The position numbers were made by a program, and so were the translations under genes. Positions 39,102 through 52,740 of a stretch of 64,000 bases of DNA are shown piece after piece (the stretch's first letter is position 1; every line of letters starts with the position of its first letter). Below the pieces are notes generated by a model, which was given only the letters and a program-made list of their open reading frames with translations, was not told the DNA's origin and made no database searches. The DNA is from Epiperipatus broadwayi (Eukaryota; Animalia; Onychophora), in contig JAQFVV010000006.1 in NCBI GenBank assembly GCA_028023455.1, positions 1,302,001 to 1,366,000 of the forward strand, given 5' to 3'.

Positions 39102-41361
39102 ATGAGTAAGCCAAGTACAAGTGTGAAAAAAAATAAAAACTTATCACTATCATAAAGAATGGGAAAATTATTTTTTTATTATGATGAAAATCAAACGGGT
39201 AAGTATTATTTGCAGCATGCATGTGGTTTGCTGAAGAAAGCCAATGTTAAAAGACATTTTCACACTGTTCATAAATATTATGAAGATGATAATCCACGAG
39301 GCACTGCATTAAGAAAAGCTAAATTACAACAGCTAAAGACATAATTCACTACGCAACAAAATTTTTTTGTCAAGTACAATACAAGCTCAAAAACTGCTAC
39401 GATTGCATCATTCAAAGTTGCTGAAACTTTAATTAAACAAAGAAGCTGTCATCAAAACTGAAATATTATTTGAAAATTAAGAATAAATTTGAAATAATGA
39501 CTCCAATCAATAACATGTCATTATCATGAAACACAATCATGTGTAGAACAGAAGAAACTAGACACAATCTTGAAGAAATTTTACATAAAAACATTAACAA
39601 TTGTAACTTTTTATCACTATAGCTTGCCGAATCAATTGATTATACAGGTATTGCACAATTGTGTATTTTTATTGGCATGGTTTTTGATGATATGTCAGCC
39701 ACAGAAGAATTATTAACAATTATTCCAATTCAAGAAAAAACAAGAGATCCAAGATATCCAAAAATTACATGATATAAATGAATTTTCCAATTCACAAATT
39801 AGTATCAATAACTTCCCATGGAGTTCTTGCAAGGATTGGCAGTAAAATTGGTTTTGTTACTCTGCATAAAAATGATAATGATACATCTACTTTTATGGAT
39901 TACAATTGTATACCTTGTGTTCAAAAGTATTAAAATTTAATCATGTTATGAGTGTTGCCTTGAAAATTGTTAATAAAATAAGATCAAAAAGCTTCTTACG
40001 TGGTCAATTCCGGTATTCCCTAAAAAAATGCGAGTGCACATATTGAATTGTTATTACATACTGACATAAAGTGGTTAGGTCGAGCAAAATTTTTAATCAA
40101 ATTTAGAGAACTTCTACCACAAATAAGATCATTTTTTTAAACTAAAGGTGATTCATATCCAGAACTGAATGACAAAGAATAGATTCTTGATTTCATCCTT
40201 TTCTGTGATATTACAGAAAAAGTAAATAACTTAAATGTAGAACTACAAGGAAAAAATAAAACAATAATCCTTATGAGAAGTACTTTGAAATCATCCAGGG
40301 AAAAATTAAATATGCTTGTAATGCAACTGAAGCATTGTGAATTAAAACATTTCAAAAATATGGCTGACGAGTCTAAAGATAAAATCTAATCTACAGCAAT
40401 ATGTTGAAAGTATAATATTCCTAATAAAGGAATTTGAATGAAGATTCATGGAATTTGACAGAAGATATTGCTCGTTTTTTGTCTTATCCATTTAATGTTA
40501 ACATCAATATCCTAGATATCGCTATGAAATTAAATAAATTTGTACATATGGATTCAGCAGGCCTCGAAGAAGAAACCATAAATACATTTAAAATCAGTGG
40601 CTTCAAATGAGTTTCTGGACATTAATAAGCAGGGATAAATATCCAAATATTTGGAAAGTTGCTGCATATTTCAATGCATTTTTTGGTTCAACATATTTGT
40701 GCAAATTAGCATTTTCTTGCATGAAAGCGATAAAAACTAAACATACACATCACAATTATCGGATCTACGTTTGAAATCATGTTTAAGAATTAATTTAAGT
40801 TTATATAAGGCAAATTTTGACAAACTTGCTGAAACTATGCAATGCCAAGTATCATCAAAATAGGAAAAAAATTATTATTATTTTTACTTTGTTTCTCTAT
40901 ATTTTCTCGAATTTTTTTAAAATTCAGAACCAGGCCTAGAAAATAATTATTTATAGTTTAATCTAATATATTATTGTAATTTAATAAATATTTTATAAAG
41001 TGACATGAACAAATTGTAATACTAGAGGGAGCTGAGGTAATTTAATAGTAGTCATAGTAAAATGTCTTCGACAGTTCATATCTTATAGAAAAAATATTCA
41101 TCAGTTCGTAAGTATCTTCTAAAAAGTCACCTTTATTTGGTGAGTACCTAAAAAGTCCTTATAAAAAAAAACCCCCACCAATTCGTACATACTTTCTAAA
41201 AAAAAATAGGACTACAAACCGTTATTTTTTTTTTTCGTTTTGACAAAAGTAATATTTATTTCTGGTTTCCAGTTCAAAGCCCTAAAAAAAATGTAGTCGC
41301 CCATAGGTACATTTCCCCAGCAAAAGTTGCCCCCAACGTCTAAAAGTTTGGCCACCCCCTG
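39102..41361 (+). mobile_element. hAT (Charlie/SPIN-like) transposase pseudogene with 3' TIR
   Basis: LKKANVKRHFHTVH...KAKLQQLK, SFKVAETL, LLLHTDIKWLGRAKFL-type motifs, ends QCQVSSK*. Many stops; 3' TIR TTGGCCACCCCCTG at 41348-41361 followed by ATCTATAT; 5' TIR not found. Confidence 0.85.
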
Positions 41362-41638
41362 ATCTATATACATATATTAAAAAGAGTACAAATTAATTGT
41401 TTAAGTAAAGATGTTTTATTTTAACTAAGTGCCCCACAGCAAAAATGCATTTACTTAAAATAATATCTATATTTAGCAACTAATTTTTTGCTTGTCAAAG
41501 CCACATGCATAACTATATACTATACGTATAATCAATAGAATATACAATCACACTGATCCATTGAGTAAAATCTGATAAGTAGAAAAGGCAACAAACTTCA
41601 ATCATATAAAATAACCAAATAGTTTAAAACAATACTAC

Positions 41639-41818
41639 CTTACAAGTTGTCTCTATCTCTTTTTTGTTTAGGTTTTCTTTATTGTGCAATTTTGATTTAT
41701 TTCTTTTTCGTTTTTCTCTCTTCTGCTCGCGTCGCAATTCTTTTGCTCTCTCAGCTTCTGTGATCTGATCGCATGCCAACTGAAGATTAGAGAACCCTTG
41801 TTTTTTTTCTAATGCCAG
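41639..41818 (-). CDS. GGNBP2: GGNBP2 coding exon (basic coiled-coil/NLS-like region)
   Basis: Encodes LALEKKQGFSNLQLACDQITEAERAKELRREQKREKRKRNKSKLHNKENLNKKEIETTCK, matching the GGNBP2 EKVQGISRLEQLCEEF...KKRQKRK region. 180 bp, phase 0/0, AG/GT boundaries. Confidence 0.93.
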
Positions 41819-42911
41819 CTACGAATAATAAAAAAAAAAAATGGACATAATGAGACATAATATTATTTATCATTAATTAATATGCAACTAATCTTTCGAT
41901 TATTTTAAACTGTACTCAGTTCACATGCAGTACACACACATTCCATAAAAATTGTTTGTAAACGGATAAAAAAATTTTTTTGGATGTAAAAAAAAAAAAA
42001 ATATGCATCAGAGAAACTGAATTAAATTCATAAAGGAGACTTCATTCTGCATCAGACTGAAAAAATTACATATAAAAAAAATACGTCCTTGAACTTTTAG
42101 GTTGATATCTGATTCCATCAATTTAGACCATTAAACAATAAATAACTAAATATGATCAAACAATAGAATTATTTATAATAAAAAGCACCGATAAGAAAAA
42201 CACGATTCCTTAATAGAATTTATTTCAGTCACTTCTTCAGCCAATTTTTTATTTTAATAAATGATATAATTATTACAAAATGAAAAGCAATGATACACAT
42301 TATATAAAAGCCTCAGTGCTAAAAAATGTGCTATAATTGTCATTTGATGAATGAAATATATTATAAAAAAAGTATAATAACCTTTAACAATAGATGCAAT
42401 GTCTTTTTATCTGGAATTAAGAATGACGAGCCTGAAAAGTAAAGGTTTCTAGATGAAATTATAATCCGAGACTTCTAAAATTCAAACTTCGACGATTTTC
42501 CAAGAGTTTAAATATTTGGTTGTTTTTTTATGACTGCAGATAAAAGATTGAACTGTCATATCGTAACAAGTTCTAATGTTTCAAGAAAATTAAATGATGT
42601 CATTTCCACTCGAATAATTTAAAACACTATCGCTATTTAATTTTAATCATCAAAGCGGTCACAAATACTCACTAAATTCTATTCACTATATCCACATTAC
42701 CTAATAGCGTCCAAGTATTAAAATGATCGACTGCACAATGTCCCTTTTCTTTATTATTTTTTTTCAGCAAGGAATCATTTTATGAACTTTTAACTACTGA
42801 CTCTGCAGTATAAAAGATTTTTGTAAATAAATCATATATTACCAAATTCACCACTTCCTTTATTTTGCTGTAATATCTTATCATAAAATGCAATTTGTCT
42901 ATTCTACTTTA

Positions 42912-43010
42912 AACACGTTTTAGCAAAACACTTTATTGTACATATATGCATACACAATCTAACGTTTGTGTATGCATATATGTACAATAAAGGGTTCTGC
43001 TAAACGTGTT
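42912..43010. repeat. Short near-perfect hairpin/MITE-like inverted repeat
   Basis: aacacgttttagcaaaacactttattgtacatatatgcatacacaa / ttgtgtatgcatatatgtacaataaagggttctgctaaacgtgtt. Confidence 0.85.
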
Positions 43011-44981
43011 CAAAGTTGAGTACATAGATTGTATTTAAACCACATAATCTTCATATCAATATAAAAAAATTGAATGTTAAGTTCTTGTAGAGCATAACTG
43101 CATAAAAATAGCATATCAATATATTTAATACTAATAACAAGTGTTGGATAGTCCGTTCCATGATGATTTTGATTACTGATACTTAGCACCATCTTTTTAT
43201 GAAATTCAAAAGGCAGAAACATCAATTCATAATTTATATATGAGAAATTACTATTAGGCTGTAACTAATACAATCAAGTAAATTCTAAAAATAAATGTAT
43301 GAAGGAATATATTTCTTGAGACTATATGATATTGAGCACCAAAAGTGACAAGTTGAGTGGTAGTTTGAAAACTTTTAGCTCTATAGCTCGCCATTCTACC
43401 AAATGGAGTAAATGGTATAGATCAAATTGATTCTGAGAATTCCAAAAAAATGTATAAATTTTCCAATTTGATATAGTTAGACAACAGTATTTTTTTAGAT
43501 ATGTGAATTTTTCCAATTTCAGCAATAAACCATTTCCTTTTTTATAATAAATTCAAACCTTGCTGGGAATTAAACAATAATTTTATTATCTACGGTTTGT
43601 AAATATTGAAATACATTTTATAAACTTTACCAATTTATTTTATTAGTAACAATATGGATTATATCTATTTTCAGTTTTTTTTGATTTTCTCAATACATCC
43701 CACATCCTTCATCTCAACCCCACATTACAACCACCCACTGGTACAGAAACTCAGCCCATGCTCTCACTATACATGCAGTTCATGAACAATCTTCAGTAGT
43801 AAGATGAGACAGAGGTACACCCTACAGCTGTGCTGATGGCTTGATAATAACCACTCCCTTATAATTATGCTTCTATTCATAACAGCACAAAATTTTTATA
43901 GAGCAATAAAAATTTAAAACAAACACTTTGCAATTTTGTTCAGATAAAAAATGTTTTTGAATTAATATGGCTTCCTTTAATGCAGAATTCAAGATGAAAA
44001 CGTAAATAACAAGTGAGACCACCCAAAATTATTGTAAATGAATATAATTATTACGATTATAAAATTATTTTACATAAACATACAAAAAAGACAGTCTACA
44101 TTTCATCTTGTTGATTATACCCGTTTTTAAACAATGGATATATTTTTCCATTCCAAATCATTAAGGTACTATCCAAATAAGAGCTTCTTAAAATCATGAA
44201 TAATTTTTTCAGATCGCAAACACACTAAAATTTTTCTTTTGGATAGCTGGTGTAAATCTAACCCAGCTATTGGTCAGGACTACCAGCCAGAGTATATGGT
44301 CAATCAGTTGAGCATCAATACACTGAGTATAAAAGCAAAACAAACAACAACAAAATAAGAACAATGCAGCTTTTCAAATGGTAATAGCATACTCGTACAA
44401 TTGCTGAACCCATGGCTTCCATTTCACAATCCACCCAATAATATTGAGAGACACCACAAAATGAATATAGTGATTAAATTGATGAGTGTGGTCATTATCA
44501 TTAGCAGTTCTTCATAAACAAGTACAGTGGAACCACGATATCCATTATATTTTGTTCTAAACTCCCATTGGGTACACCATGCATTATACATCTCACGTTT
44601 TAAATTTTGATTACCATAAAATATATAGTTCAACATGCACATATATACAACAGTTTTTTATATACATGATATGCATATATATATATCATATAAACAGAAT
44701 TAAAAAAAAAAACTGTAGTTAATAATAAACTGACGGAAAACATTTTCACATATATATTTACTGATGATGTGGTCACTTATTCACATTCATTCAAAAACTA
44801 TCCAAATGTCACTTTCGTTATAATTAAACATGGGTGGATGATTAAATTTTTTCTTCAATAACATTTTCCCTCCTATGGAAATGTGATTATAATCTCTCTG
44901 TCAGTAGATTATAATCTTTCTAATTGTCTTGATATTTTTTAGACCATATCTACTTTGAAATCTAGTCACTTTCGGTTAAAT

Positions 44982-45414
44982 CAGGGGTGGGAAAATGGCG
45001 GCCCGCTAAGAGTTTTTATGCGGCTCACCAAGACAATCAGAAAAATCCGCCTTGAACTGTGATTTCCTTCCCGTGCATGTTCGAAGATTCGTCTCGTATT
45101 TTCCACTAGGATGGCCACATCAATACACATGTGCAGTGTTGATACGATGTGCAGTGCTTTTCCAGTTGATTTGGTTAATTTCAATTTTGTCTTTGCATTA
45201 GCAAATATATACATTTCTAACTTTAGTGAAACCATGAACCCTCCGAAAAAATGTAAAATCTGTGATGAATGTCATGTGTTTAATGAAGAATGGACAAACA
45301 AATATTTCTTTGGTAATACAGGGAATAAAGCAGTGTGTTTATTGTGCCACGAAAACAGGTGTGGCTCTCCGCCAACCTCTGCGCACCCCGAGCCAAAACA
45401 ATTACCCACTCCTG
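44982..45414 (+). mobile_element. Non-autonomous hAT (Charlie/SPIN-like) element, 433 bp
   Basis: TIRs CAGGGGTGGGAAA / TTACCCACTCCTG; 8-bp TSD GGTTAAAT on both sides; retains transposase N-terminus MNPPKKCKICDECHVFNEEWTNKYFF...AVCLLCHE. Confidence 0.92.
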
Positions 45415-46779
45415 GGTTAAATTCTTCAACTGTTAAGTTTTCTCACACAATACAAAAACATTTTACAATTTTTTTCTGCCACTACTAATCAGTAATTTTC
45501 ATTTTATTGCTTAAGAAGGATATTTTATGAATTTTCCTAAATTGTGCAAAATTTTTAGCTTTAAGCGTAGAAAATATTCTATTATCTGAAATACAGTACT
45601 ACTTCAACATTTGAAAAGAATAAGAATATGAAGATTAAAATGTATACGCTTTCAATATAACAAGAAATATGTTTAAATAAATATGATCTTATTCAAATCC
45701 AGAAAATTGTAAAATTTATTTAATTTACAAATTTTAATGCTTTTATTTACATTTTTTTTATTTTTATTTGGAGAGCACATAATTGAACATTGTATTTTGA
45801 CGTAGCACCCATCGTGGCATATTTTAACTTCAGAAAGGGGGAAAAAAAACTAAACTAAAGAATAACTATGTTAATGTATAAACAAGAAAGATTGGGGTTA
45901 AAATTTCTGTGTTTGTAATTAAAGAATGTAAAACATGGTTGCGCAATAATAATTCCATTGTTGAAGTAAGCGCAGAGATGAACGCTAGCACAATAGGCTC
46001 ACGACGATCCTGAGCGACTGAAGACAGTAAAAGAGAGCAGAATAAGTGAGCCAATAATCAGTCATAAATGTTAGTAGCAATCAAGTTAAGATAATAATCC
46101 TGATTAACTTTTCATTCAATCGCAAATCCTCCTCTACTACATACATCCATAATCTGAAAAAAATCAATAAAAGCTCCTCAATCCCCACTGGGATGTATAT
46201 AGATTTTGAGATGCACGGCATTGTTTCACAATAAACACCATAATAATACTATTCAACAGCTCCATGAATTCATGTAAAAGCAGTATATAGATTTAAGACA
46301 TCTATTTGAAAAAAATTTAAGATTTATTAATATAAGATTCCACTCATAACTTACATGCGATTGCATAATTATTAGTTAAGACCGAACTTCCAATTTATTA
46401 ATAAATTATCTACTTATGTTGAGAAATATGCAAGAAAAATAATAATTAACGATAAGATGCAATGATGACTTTCGTCTATTAAATGTAACATGTTAAGTTA
46501 TGGTGGAATCCTTGAAGCATATTTTATATATATTGTATAAAGTAAAGTAAACTTGATTTTAAAATAATCCAAAAATCAAAATGTTCTATTTGCTTTATGT
46601 AATATTATTAAATAAGTCACCAATGATACTTGTTTAGTTACTACTGCCTGTCTTAATTTATTATAGTGCTGTTTTTAAAACTTATATTGGAATAAAAAAA
46701 AAAACAAAACATATCTACCATTAATTTCTTGTTAAAATTAATATATATAAATAATTAAAAATATTCCAAAAATATTAAC

Positions 46780-46954
46780 CTCAAAACTTTTTTTGAGAGT
46801 AGCGATTCCCAAATAGAAAAGAATTTCCCATGTCTGCTCCTCAGCTCTTATTTTCTGCCAGATAAGATGAAGACGTTCGTATAGGTGAATTCCTAAACAG
46901 GTCAACACTTCTTCCTGAGCTATGTCTATTGTTTTCGCGTGACGCTCCCTGTGG
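46780..46954 (-). CDS. GGNBP2: GGNBP2 coding exon
   Basis: Encodes HRERHAKTIDIAQEEVLTCLGIHLYERLHLIWQKIRAEEQTWEILFYLGIATLKKSFE, near-identical to the GGNBP2 RERHAKTIDIAQEEVLTCLGIHLYERL motif. ttttaag acceptor, GAG|gttaat donor; 175 bp, phase 2/0, in frame with flanking exons. Confidence 0.97.
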
Positions 46955-47304
46955 CTTAAAATGAAATTACAGAAATAAATTAAATTTCATGAACAACATA
47001 AACACAATATAATCAATTTATTTATTCTGATTAGAATTTTTTTGGCATGTCTGCAGTATACAGTTGTATAATACAAATCAAATAATTAAATTTTAAAATT
47101 CAAATATACATTGTGAGTATAAATTACATGTTAGTAATAATAAAAAGTCAGATGTCACATGACATATATAGCTTGCATTTACCAATATGTAAAATTAAGA
47201 GCATGCTAATGAGCTCTAAACAAGCTTTTTTTTTTATTTATTATTATGATAAATGCTACTACAAGAGAAGGCATTCAAATCATCTTTATCTTAGATTGTC
47301 CCCA

Positions 47305-47345
47305 TTCCCAGACTGGTTTCGATCTATGGGTCTCTTCAGTGAGGA
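47305..47345 (-). ncRNA. Type I hammerhead motif (family F6), sense in a GGNBP2 intron
   Basis: TCCTCA-CTGAAGA-GACC[CATA]GATC-GAAACCAGTC-TGGGAA; canonical core, one mismatch each in helices I and II. Confidence 0.65.
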
Positions 47346-47560
47346 GTTGGGACATTCTTGAGAAATTTTCTGTTAAAAATTATTACTTATATATCAAGTA
47401 TTGCCCTAAGTTTTTAGATGCTTGCAATCATAAAATGAATCCATTTACATTTACTTCTTTAGTTCTTATAAAAATAACGGATCTGATAAGTGAAATTATT
47501 CACAGCAATCTTCAAATCACACTCGGGTTTTAATGCAGCAACATACAATATATGGTAAAT

Positions 47561-50500
47561 GAGATGACATACTCTGTGGTTTTCTTTTTGGAGTCAGGAA
47601 TCTCTCAGCTATCATGCCCAAGTAAACCTGTTAGCTATTTTAACTTCCCTTTCCATTCCCACCCTAAGTTTTTCCCATATTCTTCTCTATCCTGCTCCAT
47701 CCCATTTCCACAACATAATCTTTATCAATTCCTTGGCCTTTATATCTAATTCCCTCTTACCTTTTCCCAAACCCAGCATAAAAACCAAGAATCCACTTTC
47801 TACATAAACTGTTTATATTTATTTTCCTACAACTTTATTATTTGTGCCTTTCTACTTACAAGCATTTACATTCAATCAACAGATGCTTAATATTTTCTAT
47901 GCCTTCCTTACACAACTTGCAGACTAAATCGCCCACATTTTTCCATTTACATGTATATTCCCTTGTTGCTAAAGATCGTGTTTGAGCCTTAAAAAGTAAA
48001 CTACTTTCCTTGCTATTATCATAAAATAACTTGTACCCAATATTCAGTTTATTTCTATATATATTTTAACTCTTTTTAGTCTCCATCTCTCCAACTCCTT
48101 ATTCTTTATTAATGCATCTATTCTTCTATCCCATTCCTTACAACTATAACACTCAACAATTCTCCTAACACAATCATTACATCTTTTCTATACGTATACC
48201 GACATACATTTCTTATCAAAATCTTCTGCATACCGTACTACTTTTCTCACCCATCTTGTTGCCTCAGCTTTATTCATAACCCAATTAAATACTATTTTGG
48301 CTATTCCCTCATCCATAAACTGCAATCTATCACACACTTTCATTTTGCATCTCTCATGTAAAAACTTGACCATCCCATTTCTCCTTGAATCACCTCCTTT
48401 GCCAACCACATATCTGCATCTAATGCATGTCTTCCTACTTCTCTTTGTACTTTTTCTAAGAAATATTAACACCCCTTTACTTACACATAACACATCAATA
48501 TCACGTTAACCCTGCTACTACCACTTCCTTCCATACAATCATATTTATTATATGAAAACACTGTTAATTTCTTTATCAGTCCCTTTCTTTTCTTTGCTTT
48601 ATTTATCACTTTTTTGTCCCATTCACCCAAACAATTTTGCCAATTACTTAAGACGATTCCCAAATAGTTATACCTATTTACCACACAAAACTTGTTCTCT
48701 TTCCCCAGTATTAATCACCATTACTTTTTATTTTTCTTCACTAAATTTAATCCTCATCTCTTTAATCACCCTTGCGCACATGTCCTCAGCATAACTTCCA
48801 TATCCTCCTTTCTTTCTGTACACAAAAAGACATCACCTGCAAATAAAAGACCAATAATATATATACTCCCTTGCCACCTATTAATGGTATATCAACCCCT
48901 CTTCCGAGTCTTTCTATTAGTTTCTCCATTTCTCTCAAATATAATAAAAAACAAAATTGATAACATAAGGCATCCTTGTCTTAGTCATACCCCATTTTTA
49001 ACTTTAACTGATTCTATATTCCCTAATTGATATGTATAATAATTATTTTCATACAATCTCTTAATAAGATCCACTAAAGCTCCATCCATTCCCAAATTTA
49101 CTTAACTTACCCATAATCTATTTCTATTTACTCTAAAAGCCATATATAACTGTCTAAGTTGTGTAACAACAAATAAACTACCCCCTATACGCCTATCTGA
49201 CTGAAAACCACCCTGCATTTCTCCCACTATATTATTTTCTTCCATCCATTTTGCGATCCTTCCAGCCAACATATATGCGAAAACTTTATATAACACTGAT
49301 GTTACCATTATCAGTCTATAATAACTTATCTTTCTATGATCCTTACCCTTTCACATAAATATTAGCCATACTCTTGTATAACTTCAATTATCTGAAAAAT
49401 CTCTCTTCTGTATCATTTTATTAAAACATGGTAATAGGTTTAATTTTGCCCTATATCCTAAATTTATTACCATCTCTGCTGCCCATTCATCTAAATCTCT
49501 TCTTGCAATTCCATCTTTCAATTTCTTCCCTGCTTCATTCAGTTCATTATCTGTAAACTCAATAGTTCCATTACTATAAACTTTTATGTTTGTTACCACT
49601 CTGTCCTTCACATCTAATATTTTTTCTAGATCTATTACATACTTATTTAAGATTGTCTCTAATTCTTCTCTAGAACTACTCTCTATTCTCTCATCATCTA
49701 GTAATACTCCTACATTCCTTCTTTTAATATATTTCCAAAATTTTTTACTTCCATCTCTTCCACTTTTATTTATATTCTCCAACAATTTATTATTTAATTT
49801 CATTCTCTCTATATAACTATTTATTTTGACCAAATTTGTTTTTTCAAAATACTTTTCCCATTTAACATTAACCTCTTTCTCACTTTCGTTGTTCTTAATA
49901 GTACATTTATATTCTCTGCACGCTTTTTTCCTCTCTTTTACTAACTTTCACTTTTCTATTAATTTTATTCTTCTAAATATTCTCATCTAAAACACTATTT
50001 GCCACTTTTTCTACTTCACTACACCAGTCCTTATATTCACCTCCAACCAACTCTTCCACGGTTTCTTCAACTTTTATTTTATATTCTTCTAACTTATTCT
50101 TATCGTACATTCTCCATCCACATCTATCATTATCCTTTCTACTTTTATTACTATTTCCCATCACAGTACTAATCATTTCTATTATAAATAAATTATGAAC
50201 ACTATTACATATTCTCTTTATTATTAAGCACTTTAATTTTCCGTATTTTATTCATTCCTTCTTTTTGTACTAAAACATAATCAATTGTGGTAAATATATT
50301 ATTTCTAGATCATGTGTATTGTCCCTCATAAATATTTGACAAATTTACAATGCTCATATTCACTCTCTGACAAATTTTTTTCAAAAACTGTCCATTCTTG
50401 TTACCTGCATCATCAATTTCTTCAAAATGCCCATTGATGTCTCCTATAATCATTATTCTCTTCCCCCTTATATATGCTACTGTTCCACTCCATTATAGTT

Positions 50501-50880
50501 TGAGTATCTCCAGTAGCTATATACACTATAGCCACCATCCATTGTGTTCTTAACCTTATATCAAACCACAAATGTTCTTGACATTTAACAATATTAAAAA
50601 TTTTTTTGACTAACTTCTATACCACCATTTCTTTTCTATTTATACTGTGCCATACCAAGTCCTCCAATATAGGTTCTCCTTCTTTGCTTAGATGTGTTTC
50701 CACTACTGCTAATATCTCAAGCTCCTCAATTTTAATTGCTTTGTTTAAATCCAGCCATTTTTATAATCTTCTACCACCTTGCATATTCAAATATCCAATT
50801 CTAACAATTTCTTCTTTCCTAACTACTCTTTTATAAATTCTTTTGACTTTTGCTTTGCCATTTATTGTCAGATAAGCTAA
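47561..50880 (-). mobile_element. APE-RT non-LTR retrotransposon (family L-A), longest degenerate copy
   Basis: APE motifs (IIGDINGH, TIDYVL), RT motifs (YKVFAYML..RI..WMEENNIVGEMQGGF, YNYLGI), 3' tail shared with four shorter copies. Confidence 0.9.
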
Positions 50881-51000
50881 TCTTACAAGAATTAAAAACG
50901 CAAATGTAACTATATTCGTTTTGCAGTTGCAAAACAAAATCTGACAATAAAGGGCATTGCATTGTTATCAAATAATGCAGGGATTAATTTTATTTAAATA

Positions 51001-51925
51001 CACCTGGGTCTCATTTTATGCGGATTATTTTAATGCGATTTTGAAGTTATGCGATTCATGTTTCTTCCTAATATCTTTCATATTTCACTATATTTATTAG
51101 ATATCAAGAAATTTAAATTATTAACTTATTTTCACTTCAAATACTTTTTTTTTCTTCAAAAATGTAACGTTATATTAGCGGCTAACGTGAATATGGCCTG
51201 AAACCTATTTATACTAATGAGTAAATAGTAATAATAGATTTATACTGATATATAAAAATAGCGCAATAAATATTCAAAAAATTTAAACTTTTAAAACGTA
51301 TTTTGTTATGTATATAACAGAAATAAATAATCTTTTAGATTTTTAAAATAAAAAACGAAGATTTTATAAACTAAAAATAATATTTGTAATGATAATGTAT
51401 AATCTTTTTGTTTTGATTACGATCTCATTTTTTTAATGTAGAAACAGAAAACCATCAACACAGCACAAGACTGAAAGTGGCACTAGTTGTACATCACATC
51501 ACGAATAAAAATAAAGTGGCTAACAGGTTTCTCTGGGCAGAATTGCTGAGAGATTCTTGACTTCGTTTAAGGAGAAGCCACAATACATCACATCGAATCT
51601 GATTTCTTACCAGTTTAGTTTACAAACGAACACTAGCGGTAATGATTAAAATATGTATGAAAAATGTAAAATTAAATATTGTCGTTAATAAAAAAAAAGT
51701 AAAAAAAGTTTGTCTTGTATTAATTTTTTTCAAATATTTGTAATTTTTTATTAGTCATATTTTATTTGCTTATTTTTTTAATGCTAATTTTTCCTTGTTG
51801 CTTTGCTTTTATGCGAATTCTGAAAATTACTGGAACATATCCCCCCATTGTTAAAGGTAAGTTACGTTTATTTTTGTGCACGTTTTCTGAGGAACCTATC
51901 TACCGCATAAAACGAGACCCAGGTG
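51001..51925. mobile_element. Tc1/mariner-pogo-type MITE (925 bp) with TA TSD
   Basis: TIRs CACCTGGGTCTCATTTTATGCGG / CCGCATAAAACGAGACCCAGGTG flanked by TA; contains an L-A LINE tail fragment at about 51495-51597. Confidence 0.85.
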
Positions 51926-52404
51926 TATTGTCAAATATTTCAACACTTTTTATGTCAATTAATCACATTTTTTCTCTCTCTAAATATATTTTTAAAAAAT
52001 AATCTATTGACCAATAATATTATAAGAATATATGAACGAAAAACCCCCACCAACATAACATATTAAAACAGCACGAAAACATTAATTCATCAATGTATTT
52101 CATTAAATGCAATTACATTAAATATAGAATGGACCATAAGTTGCTTTACTACTTAAAAATTAATTTTAGATTTTAGAATTTCTGTATTCTGTAATTTATT
52201 ATGAAAAAATTCATGTTGGAGTCAGCATTCCATCTTACTGATGCATAAAATATCATGTACTATTTCAATGTCAGATTTTGGATAACGGCTCTTCAACATC
52301 AGTTTGATGTAAGATAACATTGGAAAGGGTGCTCATATTATTTTAAAGATGAAGATGGCAGTAGTTGCAATGACTAGTCGCTGATACTGAAAATTCTGTA
52401 CATG

Positions 52405-52740
52405 ATAGTAATCAATGGATGCCAGAAAGCTTGTGCATAAAATCACTATCTAGTCCGTACTCATCCAATATCCCCAGACTAGTTTCTGACTTGTGGTCTT
52501 TGTCAGTGAGGAGCCTTGGATCTGAGAGCACTGCACTTAAATCTTAGGATCTAATGCAACCCTCTAGCAGCTACCTTTTATTCCTACTTAACTACAAAAC
52601 TATGAGTCTAAAATTAAAAACACAGTAACGTTTTCAATCCAAACTCATTAGCATATATAGTCATATAGGTGGTCTGAACTTAGTTCACTACCCATACATT
52701 TTGGTGAAATGGTGATCATGTGATGTTTAATGGTTTAAAG
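52405..52740 (-). mobile_element. F1 repeat copy (~300 bp) plus short inverted terminus
   Basis: Colinear with 15935-16230; HHR has G8>A but compensatory helix II GAC/GTC; followed by +-oriented gaaatggtgatcatgtgatgttt. Confidence 0.85.
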
